Shown here piece by piece: positions 52,800 through 64,000 of a DNA stretch of 64,000 nt; the stretch's first letter is position 1; each line of letters opens with the position of its first letter. The position numbers were made by a program, and so were the translations under genes. Source of the DNA: Chiloscyllium plagiosum (taxonomy: Eukaryota); the NCBI RefSeq assembly GCF_004010195.1, contig NC_057734.1, positions 44,229,606 to 44,293,605 on the forward strand, given 5' to 3'. Below the pieces are notes generated by a model that worked only from the letters and a program-made list of their open reading frames with translations, searched no databases and was not told where the DNA came from.

Positions 52800-54720
52800 C
52801 TCCGTGTTATGTGTACTACGACCTTGCTAAGTGGGATAGATAACTGAGCTAGTATGACTCATTATGAGTCAGTAGCAAAATTGTACTCAACCACCATCCT
52901 TAACTTCTAGTCCAGCATATCCCTAACTCAACCATTGCCAAAAATCCTGTTTGAATGCAGAATGCGGAAAACCATGCCCGGAGCAACACCATACAAATAT
53001 AAAATTTAATTAGCAGCCCAGCGAAGTTACAACACAGAAGTCCTTGCATACCAACCAGCAGAAACAGCATGCGATGAACCCACAATGGATCAGATCCAAG
53101 TTCTGCAGTCCTGCCAGAATCAATTGTGAATGGTAGTAGCTTCCCAGTGGGTGGGAAGCCTGGAAATATTCTCAATCTTATTGATGAAGGAGCCAGGCAC
53201 ATCTGTGTAAAAGACAAGGTTGAAGTATTTGCACCAGTCTTCAGTCAGAAGTGCCATGTTGATAATCTGCCATGGACTTCTTCAAAGGTTCCCAGCATCA
53301 CAGATCGCAGTCTTCAACCTCTTCAATTCACCCCACGTGATATTAAGAAATGATTGATTGTACTAGATACTGAAAAAGCTATTGGTCCTGACAACATTCC
53401 GGCGATAATACAGGAGACTTGTGCTCCAGGGCTAGCTTGCACTGACTCAAGCAAGGTGGAAAATCGCCTAACCCACAGGCAAATAACCATGATGAATCCA
53501 ACACAACCAAGCACCGCCGAAATAATCTACTCTCAGTCATCAGAAAAGTGGTAGAAAGAATAATCGACAGTATTAGCAAAGAATACCTGATTTGCATTAA
53601 GCTTCATATTGACTCTTGGTTTCTGTAGGATTCCTACAGCGCAATAGTGTCTCTACCTTTAAGCCAGGAGGCCTGGGTTTAAGTTCCATTTGCTCCAGAG
53701 ATATATAATAGCATCTATGGAGAGCTAAATTAGAAAATATTAAAAATTATTGGTTTCAGTTCATCAGGGCCACCTAGACACTGACCTTATTGCAGCCGAG
53801 TCATAAACATGACCAGAAGAGCTGGTCATGAGGGGAAGTCAGAATAAGTATCTCTGACATTGAGGCAACATTTTGTCCAGTCCTCCAATAAATATGGCGC
53901 CAGGCAGAAAACTCTTAGCAATCAATAATCTGAATTCCAGACATCTCTGCAGGAGTTCCTCAGAGTAGTGCTGTAGGCCCAACCATCCTCTATTACTTCA
54001 GTAATGACTTTACTTCCATTATGAAGCTGGAAGTGTGCAAGTTCAATGATAATTTTACAATGTTCAACACGCGATTCACGACTTGTCAAATACTGAAGTA
54101 ATAGGTGTCCATATGCAGCAAGATCCAAACGACAAGCAGCCAGGTGATAAGTGGCAAGTGACATCCACAGAACAGAAGTGACAGGAAGTGACATTTTCCA
54201 CTTAATCAGCAATCTGGCGAATGTCGTTGACTAGAAACTGAACTGGACAAACTGTGGCTATAAAAATAACTCAGAAACTTGGATTTTTGCACTAAATAAC
54301 TCATCTCCCAACTCCCAAAATCTGCCAATCATGGACAAAGTACGAGGCAGGTATTTATGGAATGCTGTCCATTAGTGTGGATAAATGAAGGCTAAATAAC
54401 ATTCCAGAAGCTCTACACCATCCAGGAAAAGCAACTTGCTTGACTGGCGTTTCATTCAGTATTTCCAACATGCACTCACCTCACCACAGATGATCAGGGA
54501 CAGCATTGTGCACTAACTGCAAGTTGCACTGCAGTAACTCAGTCCAGTGCAGTCAGCGCCTCGCACAACAGATATCTTGATCACATAGAAGGTTAAGGCC
54601 AGCATATGTATGAGCGTATCACCACTTGAAAGATTTCCTCTATGTCAAACCCAATCCTAACTTGGAATTACTTGCTGCTCTATAAAAATCCAGAACTCCC
54701 TTTCCAATAACACCATGATT
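52800..54720 (+). mobile_element. Decayed non-LTR retrotransposon (family of 16430-18560)
   Basis: LDTEKAIGPDNIPA; AGVPQSSAVGPTI segments. Confidence 0.75.
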
Positions 54721-54769
54721 ATAAAAATACACATGAAGAACTGCAGAAATGCAAACATTTTATCCCTGT

Positions 54770-55340
54770 TCAGTAAAACAAATGCACCTGACATCTACAG
54801 GTCAAAGAGCCAAACGTCAGGAAAACGTTTGGAGAGACCAATTTGACATAAAATTGTGAAATCCGGATTCATAGGTGAAATCCAGCAAGGATTCTTTAAA
54901 GGAAAATTATATTTAACAAACTTGATTCAGTGAAACGCTGAAGAAAATTTCTGAACAGTGAGTATTTGATGTTTTGAAACTGGAGTTATAAACATACCGA
55001 TTCATAGAACACTGCATATAAGCGTTAGCTAGGTTAACTCAATTGGATTACAGGGACGCTATTGAATATGTAACTAAGTGACAGAAATCAGAGAACAATA
55101 GCGAGTGGTTTTTCTCAGGTTTGCGTTAGTATGTGCTGCTCTAACTCCAGAAATAAGTGATGAGGCAGTTGTTCTCCTGTCCTAATGGACCGTTGACGTG
55201 GATGTGCAGGCATTTTAAAAGAAAATAGTTACAGACGACAATAAATCAGAATTATAGCAAATCTTGAGGAAAACGATCACACAGGATACAGACAAATGAT
55301 CAGGCACATGGCAAATGAAATTTAACAAGGTGAGGTGAGA
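54770..55340 (+). mobile_element. Old CR1 RT fragment
   Basis: Decayed QQGFFKGKLYLTNL and WQMKFN segments. Confidence 0.6.
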
Positions 55341-55701
55341 AGGACTTTTGATAGAAATTATGAAAAAATGAATGTAAATGTAACTGAATGACTTCCTTCC
55401 ATCTTTTAGGACGATCAGTCCTGAACCAACTTTGCTTTCCTGCATATGTATAATAAAACCTACTTAAGTAACTTGTTCCTCGCCTGGACCTCATTGCTAA
55501 TTTCTCAGTTAACACCCTCCATTTTTGCTTTCCTTTATGCTCTTTGGGGGCATCTGAACTACAAGCATAGCACCATCTAAACCTCATTTCCAGTTGTGCT
55601 GCAATTTTTGTTTCGCTGGATTCAATCATTCTTGTGCAATAGTCCATGATTTTGATGTATTATTTCTCTTTTTTAAAAAGAAAGCAGATTGCAATGCACT
55701 T

Positions 55702-55867
55702 ATGCAAATCCAATTTGAGCCTGGGGTTCCTGTTGGCCGATATCACGTGGTTATTGATTTGCATGAATCATTAAAATTCAGTAATTTCCCTGGTTTGCAG
55801 ATACTTAATTGAGGGATTGGAAAGATCCCAGCAACACGTTCTTGCCCCAAGCACTAGAACCTTCACC
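55702..55867 (+). promoter_or_regulatory. IgL promoter: ATGCAAAT 55702-55709, E-box CACGTG 55744-55749, decamer/octamer TGATTTGCAT 55755-55764
   Basis: Octamer in light-chain orientation 111 nt before ATG; the same layout recurs at 24260-24446. Confidence 0.85.
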
Positions 55868-55916
55868 ATGACTGAATGGGTTGGATTTCTCGCAGCACTG
55901 ATGTTCTGTCTCCACA
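55868..55916 (+). CDS. IGL: Ig light chain lambda/type II, exon 1 (leader MTEWVGFLAALMFCLH), intact gene
   Basis: Kozak-like ttcaccATG, hydrophobic signal peptide, phase-1 donor a|GTAAGT at 55917; downstream of an octamer promoter. Confidence 0.93.
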
Positions 55917-56058
55917 GTAAGTAAACACATTAATCGGCCCTATGGCTGCTTTTTACGTTGCTTCTTGTTTGTGTTGTTGCACTTGAGAATAACGGCCGTG
56001 AACGAAAAAAAAATTCGTTTTTCCAACGTGATTGACCTATGACGTGTTGCTTCACCAG

Positions 56059-56400
56059 GTACATACGGGGATCCTGCACTGACTCAACCAGGATCCATTT
56101 CAACATCCCCGGGGCAAACTGTGAAGATCACCTGCACCATGTCCGGAGGCAGCATCGGTAGCTACTACGCGAGCTGGTACTGGCAGAAACCCGGCAGTGC
56201 ACCGGTGTTGGTTTGGGACGAGACCCTCGAAACTGCCTCTGGAATCCCAGACCGATTTACCGGGTCTGTGGACTCATCGAGTAACAAGATGCATTTAACC
56301 ATCACCAACGTGCAATCGGACGACGCCGCCGACTATTACTGCGCGGTAGGAGGTAGCGGAATATTGACATTTGGAAAAGGAACCAAATTGAACCTGAGCG
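56059..56400 (+). CDS. IGLV: Ig light chain exon 2: germline-joined V-J ([25 protein letters not shown]...WYWQKPGS...[23 protein letters not shown])
   Basis: Acceptor caccAG|gt; canonical V-set Cys, Trp and DYYC motifs run directly into J motif FGKGTKL with no RSS or intervening DNA; phase-1 donor g|GTAAGT at 56401; resembles shark lambda-like light chains. Confidence 0.96.
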
Positions 56401-57272
56401 GTAAGTAAATTATCGGTCAACTCAACACTAGGAAAATCACCGAATCGAAAACTCCAGTGCCGAGTCTCGGCTGGTGATTGTATCTCGACAGTCAAAGCCC
56501 CGCTCCAAACATTCAGTACCGTAATTACAATTTTCGCGCGACGCCGTTTCCATTCCACTGAAAGCATCACCGCCATAGAAACGCCGTCCCCAGTGAGAGA
56601 CGGCGGAAGGGCAGTGTGGCGTTTTGCTGCAAAACCCTCTCATTTGTCTCGAAGCAGCGAAAGCCACACAGTCCAAGATTTTCAGTTCTAGCTTTCACAT
56701 TAATCCTGATAACTAGAGTGAGCGCATTTTTTTTTGCACTGGGCTCAGCAGGTTGATCAACTTTGATCCTTTTTCTGCGTTAACGCACACACAGGCAGGG
56801 TTCTTGTTTTCTTCGTAAATCATAGGACCAGTTGCGCCTGTTCGCTTAATTGTTCGGACATGTTTCAGAATGGGTTTTTCAGGTCATTATCCCTGTGTTT
56901 GCGCACGTGCTGCTGAATGTGTAGTTAGTTTCAGTGATGCGGTGTTAAAAACTGAAAATGCAGATATTCAAACGCTGTGTAATATCATTATTTAGCGGCA
57001 CAGGGTGAAATGGGCTTAGACGCAATATAAAAGAGAAAGGCGTCCTTTCGCTATACTTGTTCTTTCTTCAAACACATCTCAGGAGAAGGAATATTTACCG
57101 TAAAATACTTTGCGCTTTGAAAATGTTTTAGAAAACTGTTGAATAATCCCGCGTGACGCTGTCCGCTTCAGTGTCAGAATGTTCAACTATAGTCCAGATC
57201 GTCCAGGAGTTGTGGTAAAGGAACGTTTGACTGATTCCTCTCAATTTCAACGTGTACACTTTACCGTTGTAG

Positions 57273-57590
57273 AGGGCAGCACGGTAGCTCAGTGGTTAGC
57301 ACTGCTGCCTCACAGCACCGGGGTCCCAGGTTCGATTCCAATCTTGGGCAACTGTCGGTGTGGAGTTTGCACATTCTCCCCGTGTCTGCGTGGGTTTCCT
57401 CCGGGTGCTCTGGTTTCCTCCCACAGTCCAAAGATGTGCAGGTCAGGTGAATTGGCCATGCTAAATTGCCCATAGTGGTAGGTGCATTAGTTAGAGGGAA
57501 GTGGGACTGGGTGGGTTACTCTTCGGAGGGTTGGTGTGGACTTGTTGGGCCGAAGGGCCTGTTTCCACACTGTAGGAAATCTAAAAAAAA
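57273..57590 (+). mobile_element. HE1-type SINE in J-C intron
   Basis: gggcagcacggtagctcagtggttagcactgctgcctcacag head, full body. Confidence 0.93.
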
Positions 57591-58709
57591 GAATCTCTCA
57601 GAATGTGACTGGATTGTTTATTCGAGACGGGTAACTCTGGCGCTGGTTATACGCGCTGATGTGCTTAACTTTGGAACTCAGTGCCAGAACGTATTGGTTC
57701 AGATTCTAGGTCAAGAATTGGAATAAGAACTATTTTAATCTTCAGATTATATAAACTGTTTCACACCGTGTTTGCAGCTCACGCTAGTCGGCGCGGACGG
57801 TTAGTTAAAAATAGAAGAAATTGTAACAATCCTGCTTTGAGATTGTTACAACGAGGCTGCATTTTATTTATAGTACCATGAGAATAATTCTGTTTAATCA
57901 GAAGAAAGAGAATAAAGAAGTTGCTCAACATTACAAGATATACAAGCTTGAACGTAGGAGTGGTGTAGGGCTGGGGAGGCCGGAGAGGGATGGTGGGGGA
58001 GTGAAGGAGAGTGACGTAGTGATCAGATGAGCGCGGATGGTGCCCAAAGAGAGAGCAGCTCAAGGAATTAAGACTGGTACAGTATGTAACACAACCTCAG
58101 GCCAGGCCAGTGGCTGTCATTGCATACTGTTGAAGTGCAGTCATTTCTGTAGTTTAAAAACCGCGAGGCCATTCACCGGTAAATAGCCCTGTGATAACGA
58201 GCTGTTGTCTTTAGCGATATTGTTGGCCCGGGTCATTTGTGTTTGCATTTCGACGACAGTGATGGATTCTGGTTATTCAATAAGGACACAGTTGGTTACA
58301 ATGTTTTCAACTATTTGTTGGAAACGCATTCGTTTTGTTGAAACAGTATCTCCTAACACTCTGATGACACGGATGTCTCCGATTCTGGTATTTCGAATGC
58401 GATGGGAGAGCCCTCTGTGATTTTCCAATGTTGTCGCTGACAGGGGTAGGAGTGGGAAAGATGCAATCGATCTGAGCCGTAGGGTTAGTAACTATACAGA
58501 AATACAACTAACAACCTAAACATCCCACTCTCAACCACAGTCAAAAGCAAGAATTAAGAATAAGACCAGATTGGTGACAATGGCGTGTATGGAATACGTG
58601 TCCCAAAATGTTGTTTTGACAGCAGTGATTCCAGATTCTGTAACAAATTCTGATCTGCCGCTTTTATTTTGTGTCTAATCATCGGTTCCTGGGAGACTAT
58701 AGCAGGCTG

Positions 58710-58890
58710 CAAAAAAATTGCAGATGCAGAAAATCTGAGACAAAAAGCAGAGAGTGTTGGAGAAACTCAGCAGGTCTGGCATTTTCTATAAAGAGAAAAG
58801 CAGAATTGACGTTTGGAGTTCAATGACTTCGCGGGATTTTCTCTCTACAGACAATGTCAGACCTGCCGTGCTTCCCCAATGCTCTGTCGT
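58710..58890. mobile_element. Decayed fold-back Penelope-terminus-like element in J-C intron
   Basis: aaactcagcaggtctggca arm and inverted cagacctgccgtg arm, similar to 11860-12084. Confidence 0.55.
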
Positions 58891-59159
58891 GTCCACATTT
58901 ATATATTTTTCGTTTTAAATGTTCTCACTTTAGAGAATCTTCATTTGGTACCTCACAGTTGGCAAAAATACAAACATCATCTCGGGTTATAGCTTCCCGG
59001 GAGCTGCACATCTCAGGTTCCAGTTTAATTTACATCAAACTCCTCCATTCTATTAAACACCTCGTAGTTTTAAAGAGTGACATCGAATTTTAAGAGATTT
59101 TAGGAAAGTAAAATATTAATTCCAGTTTTATTACAATTTCATTTATTTCTACTTTACAG

Positions 59160-59482
59160 AGCCACGGAGACCCACAGTTTCTCTCCTTCCGCCTTCATCG
59201 GTTCAAATCACGGAAAAGAACACGGCGACCCTGGTGTGTTTGGTGAGCGGTTTTAACCCGGGAGCTGTGGAAATCGAGTGGTCGATAGATGGCAGTGTCA
59301 GGGGGGATAATGTTGAGACCAGTCGGATCCAACAGGAGACGGACAACACGTTCAGTGTGAGCAGTTATCTGACCCTGTCAGCCTCAGAATGGAACTTACA
59401 CGAACTTTACTCCTGTGGGGTTAAACACGAGACTCTGACAAATCCACTCCAGGGAACTATTGCGAGATCCAACTGCATCTGA
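59160..59482 (+). CDS. IGLC: Ig light chain exon 3: constant domain (EPRRPTVSLLPPSS...ATLVCLVSGFNPG...YSCGVKHE...SNCI*)
   Basis: Acceptor tttacAG|ag; C1-set Cys/Trp/YxCxVxH and penultimate interchain Cys; 49+342+323=714 nt gives an open 237-aa chain plus stop. Confidence 0.96.
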
Positions 59483-59707
59483 CAGAAGACTGTCAGAAGA
59501 TAAATGTTGTGCATTGATCCCTCTTATTAGAGAAGCTTCTTGAAAACTAAGTTCCCCAATTAGCTATTACATGTTCAATTTTAAATGGAACATTTCTAAC
59601 AAACGCAATAGTTCAAATTGTCGGCTGCGTCCTGCTTTCTGTAGTTTAAAGAGCGTTCACCCTGAAATCATCAAAGTTTCAATGTAACGTTGCAAATATA
59701 GCTTTGT

Positions 59708-59713
59708 AATAAA
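59708..59713 (+). terminator. Polyadenylation signal of intact IgL gene
   Basis: AATAAA about 225 nt after the stop; context resembles 27085-27121 of the other cluster. Confidence 0.7.
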
Positions 59714-60379
59714 ATTTGTGTACCATGATCTCAGATGCGGTTATTCATTTCTGTCCGACATCACTGAGGCCACTTATAACAACATGCTGAGAATGAAAAA
59801 AAGTCAAGTTTAATGGTTTTTGCTTATTTGGACACATACGGTAGGTTAGTTGGAATTTATGAAATTAATCATACAACATTTTTAAAAAATAGACTTCGCT
59901 AACTCATATCGGTATGGGAATGAGCGGCACTTCATGCGCATGCTAAAGTCAAAAGCACATTGTGAAAGTGCTAATGCATCTGGATTTTCTTTTGGGGACC
60001 TAATTCTGCAGTGCAGTTTCTGACGTTGCAGGACAGTTTCTTTTTTTCCGAAATAGTCCAACAACTTTAATCCTTGCTCATCATAATTATTTTGACATGG
60101 GTGCCAAAATATTTTGTGAAACATAGCTGCAGATTTCATGGGGCCTTTATCAGAAACCAACTCACTTAAGAAACACGCTTTTAAAATTCTACTTCAGAGT
60201 AATCTTGAACTCGGTGCAATATCTATTCCTCTATGTTGTCTTTCTTTGGACTGACTGAACAATTGAACATTATCATAAATATAGGAAGATAAGTTGCAAA
60301 AACGATCTGAAGTTTATTTTAGAAAGTATTGCTTACAACGAATATTTCATCAGATTGAATGCTTATGCGCCCATTTAAG

Positions 60380-61640
60380 GTACCATAAAACATAACTTAG
60401 AATAAGAACCTGGGAAGTGATAGACCTGGAACATCAAAAAATCAATCTGCACAATGGGTGGAGGCAGAGCGAGGCTGTTTAAATAAACTCCGCCATTTGC
60501 AGATATCTAAAGAAAGCAGTTGGCAAATGGTTGGGAGGCAGGAGAGGGCCAACAAAGAGTAAGGATTCATTTTCTCACCGCCTGGGTGGGGGAACTGGAT
60601 TCTGGGAGCAACAAGTTCCAGCGCAACCGCTTTTTATAACATATACTAATGACTTAGATGAAAGGGAAGGGAGATGTATATAAAAGTTTGCAGATGACAC
60701 AATACTAAGTGTCACATGACATCCTTAATGAAATCCGGTAGAGAACGTGAATGTCCAAAATACTGACAGCAAAATATCGCAGTGACAAATTATGCGTCCA
60801 CACTGAACTTGAGAGTAACAGAAACGGATATTTTACTCAATCTTCAGACGTTCGGCATTGTGGATTAGTGAACAGATTTAGGTGCTCATGTGAAAAAGGA
60901 CTGAAAACCAGAGCATTATTGTAATAAGACATGGAAAAGACACGTATAATACTTGCTACAAGAAGACTGGTGGGCGGCACGGTGGCACGGTGGTTAGCAC
61001 TGCTGCCTCACAGCGCCTGAGACCCGGGTTCAATTCCTGCCTCAGGCGACTGACTGTGTGGAGTTTGCACGTTCTCCCCGTGTCTGCGTGGGTTTCCTCC
61101 GGGTGCTCCGGTTTCCTCCCACAGTCCAAAGATGTGCAGGTCAGGTGAATTGGCCATGCTAAATTGCCCGTAGTGTTAGGTAAGGGGTAAATGCAGGGGC
61201 ATGGGCGTGTTGTGCTTCGGCTGGTCGGTGTGGACTTGTTGGGCCGAAGGGCCTGTTTCCACGCATTAATGTAATCTAATCTAATGTTTCTCCAGTACAG
61301 AGTCGTAGTCAGACCATATCTGTAGTGGTACGCTTAGTTTTTGGCACCAAAATGCGTAATAGATACATTGGCCTTTGAAGGGGTTGAATATAAATTCTTC
61401 AAGATGATCCCCTGATTTTAAACGTTTAATTGCCTTATCAAATTTCAGATATGTGTTTTGTATTCACTTAAATTTGAAGATGGAAAATTGGTCAGGTAAA
61501 GTTGTTGGAAACAATTAACAAAACACAGGTATAAACAAAAAAAACTGCTGCAGCACATGATGCAAAAGAAAACTAGCGCAGTTTTAAAATTTAACACGAT
61601 TACCAGTGAAATCAGGAAGAAACCCTTCACAAACTTGGTT
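60380..61640 (+). mobile_element. Old CR1 fragment hosting a SINE
   Basis: IYTNDLDE...KFADDT motif at ~60640-60700. Confidence 0.65.
60972..61285 (+). mobile_element. Full-length HE1-type SINE
   Basis: tRNA-like head, conserved body, taatctaatctaat tail. Confidence 0.95.
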
Positions 61641-61750
61641 AAAAATCAGGCAGCGTCTCGAAAGCTAGTGCTTTCAAATAAACCTATTGGACTGTAACTT
61701 GGTGTTGTGTGATTTTTAACTTGGTCCCCACCCCAGTCCAACACCGGCAC
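61638..61750 (+). mobile_element. Truncated copy of the 19354 palindromic element with ~17-bp target duplication
   Basis: gaaagctagtgctttcaaataaacc...gtgatttttaac; flanks aacccttcacaaacttg (61621-61637) / aaatcttcacaagcttg (61751-61767). Confidence 0.7.
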
Positions 61751-62785
61751 AAATCTTCACAAGCTTGCACATTGCTTTCAACAGTGATGCGTAATCTTCA
61801 AAGATAATCGGTAAATCGAAATTATCAAGATTGTCATTGCAATATCTTTGATAGGTAAGGGTAGCCAGAAGGCCCGAGTTCAACTTGCACCTGCTCCAGC
61901 AGTATGAAGAACACCTCTGAACAGATAAATGATAAAACGCCAGTCAGAAAACATAGAGCAAATATGAGCCAAGGAAGAAAAGCTACAGATTAAACATAAT
62001 CAATCGAATAACGAACGTTTGGTTTAATTGCTATAACAGGATAATGGTGCATTCTATATAGTGCCAATAATCTGTGTTGATCTGACTTGAAATGTGTGCG
62101 TCCTCGAAATGCGAATATTGCTTTCAATCACAACAAACTATATTGTATTAAAGCAATAGGCTGAGGTCATGGGCTCGAGTTCCACCGCTGCATATGGTGG
62201 AATTTGAATTCGATTAGTAATGAAAATCTGGAAATGAAAGCAGGCTAATCTAATGACATCAATGTAGTCGTCACCGATATTTTTTAAAAAATTACTTCAT
62301 TCATTAATGTCCTTTATGGATGGCAGCTCTGCTATCCTGAACAGGTCTGGGCCACATGTGATTCCACATCTACATAAATAGTTAACTTTTAAATGCCATC
62401 TAAAATGTTCTAATAAGCAATTCGGATGCAAATGATCCCTACAAAGTCTGCTAAAAGGAATGAAACTGGACTGAGCTCCCAGCAATTACCTAGGCACGAG
62501 AACCGGTAACAACGTACACCACAAAATTCCTTAATAATATGTTTTATTCATTCACGTGCATAGGCGTTGCTGATTGGGCCAGCATTCCTCGCCCATCCCT
62601 AGTGGCTCTCATAAAGGTCTTAATGAGCTGTCTTCTTGAACTGCTGTAGCCCATCAATTGTTTGTAGACCACGATGTTATTCGGGAGGGACTTCCAGGAT
62701 TTTGAACCAGTTACAGTGAATGAATAGCAGTGGTTTTCCAAGTCAGGTTTGTGGGTTACTTTGAGAAGAGCTTGCAGGTGGTGGT

Positions 62786-63014
62786 TGAAATGACTCCACT
62801 AAAGCCGATATCCTGTCACTAAGCCACCTTTTATTTATACGTACATGATACTGACCTAGCTAGCTCAAAGCCGGCACCAGGAGTAACCAGAACACTTGAC
62901 GCTCCTGTTAATATCTGTCAACCAGGATTCCCTGATTAGACTAGGATAACAGCCCCAGTCAGGGAACTCAAATTCTATGAGGTTCACCTGGCTTACCTCG
63001 TTCCAATCACTACA
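62786..63014 (-). mobile_element. Probable solo LTR (229 bp)
   Basis: TG...CA ends with imperfect terminal IR (tgaaatga / tgtagtga), flanks gtggt / atggt, minus-strand AATAAA; host sequence is contiguous across it. Confidence 0.6.
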
Positions 63015-63099
63015 ATGGTATTCTCATGCATTTGCAGTCCTTGTTCTTCTGAATGGAAGTGATAAAACCAGAAGTTGGACGAAAAGCCGTACAGGCCCA

Positions 63100-63236
63100 G
63101 GTTCTGAGGAAACGTCACCAGACCTGAGACGTTAACTCTGATTTCTCTTCACACATGCCGCCAGACCTGCTGAGCTTTTCCAGCAATTTCTGCTTTTGTT
63201 TCTGTTTTGCATCATCTGCAGTTCTTTTGGTTTTTA
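63100..63236 (+). mobile_element. Single-arm copy of the 11860 family (decayed hammerhead core CTGAGGA...GAGAcgtt)
   Basis: Matches arm sequence gttaactctgatttctc...gacctgctgagcttttccagcaatttctg; a further decayed copy lies at ~44185-44285 (-). Confidence 0.75.
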
Positions 63237-64000
63237 GATCCTGGATTTGGAAACTGCTGTCATAGGATCTTTGGCGAATTTGTCCAGTGCATCTTGTAGA
63301 TAGTGGACACTGCTGCTACTAATCGTTGGTTGTGGAGGGAATGTTGGTTTTGGACGTGGTACAAATCAATCGGATTGTTTTGATCTGGTTGGTATTAAGA
63401 CATTTGAATGTTGTTGGAGCTGCACTCGTCCAGGCAAATGTTAAGTACTTTTTATCACATTTCTGGTTTATACCTTGCAGAAGGTGAGCGTCAGGAGGCG
63501 AGTTCTGCCACGGTATTCCTGGACTCTGACCTTTTCTTACAACCATTGCATTTATATTACAACTCCAAATGTATTTCTGGTCAATAGTAACCACGAGGAT
63601 GTTGAAAGTGTGGGATTCTATGATGATAACGCCATTGAATGTTAAGGGGTGATGGTTGTAACTTCTCATTTTGGAGATGGTCACTGCCTACTACTTGCCA
63701 GCCAAGAATTAACAAAATTTTACAGCCAGTTTAATTATAGCTAACAAATATTTCCCCGGTCTTATTGCATTTGGACATGGAATGCTGCAATATCTGTAGA
63801 ACTGTAAATGGTGCTGAATGTTGTTTAATAGTCAGTGAACATTCTGACATCTGATTTTAATGAAGTGGGAGGATCATTGATGAAGCAGTTGAGAATGGTT
63901 AGGCCTCGGGCACTTCCCTAAATAACTCCTTCAGAGATGTCCCGGATATGTGATAAATGACCTTTAACAAACACAACCACTTTCCTGTGTGCTAGGTCAG

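Larger units (their letters stand above)
62540..64000 (-). mobile_element. 3' part of non-LTR retrotransposon (family of 16430-18560) with nested inserts
   Basis: MTISK...PLTFNG...ILVVTIDQK and AWTSAAPTT peptides; similar to 16430-16920. Confidence 0.75.

Noticed and set aside
1-64000. CRISPR arrays, rRNA genes or prokaryote-type systems
   Set aside because: No regularly spaced repeat-spacer array or rRNA similarity seen; the sequence is vertebrate with spliced genes

Overview
Eukaryotic, repeat-dense DNA from a cartilaginous fish. HE1-type SINEs and HER1/CR1 LINEs point to a shark; the species cannot be determined from the sequence. The window is part of a clustered immunoglobulin light-chain locus of the lambda/type II (NS3-like) isotype, all on the + strand. 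It holds one intact three-exon gene with a germline-joined VJ exon (leader 55868-55916, VJ 56059-56400, C 59160-59482; 237 aa). A second cluster keeps an intact promoter, leader and C exon but its VJ exon is destroyed (24447-26948). Two further C-exon relics lie at 10989-11129 and 22371-22579. The spacers are old segmental duplicates filled with CR1, other non-LTR, Penelope-like, SINE, Harbinger and solo-LTR relics. The most notable observations are: (i) the V-less cluster can in principle splice leader directly to C in frame; (ii) its V exon carries an exact 59-bp copy of its own inter-octamer promoter segment, which adds a stop codon; (iii) several other short insertions look templated from nearby sequence; (iv) small fold-back Penelope-derived elements carry minimal hammerhead-ribozyme cores. 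Repeat boundaries are approximate and identities were judged by eye. No database search was run.
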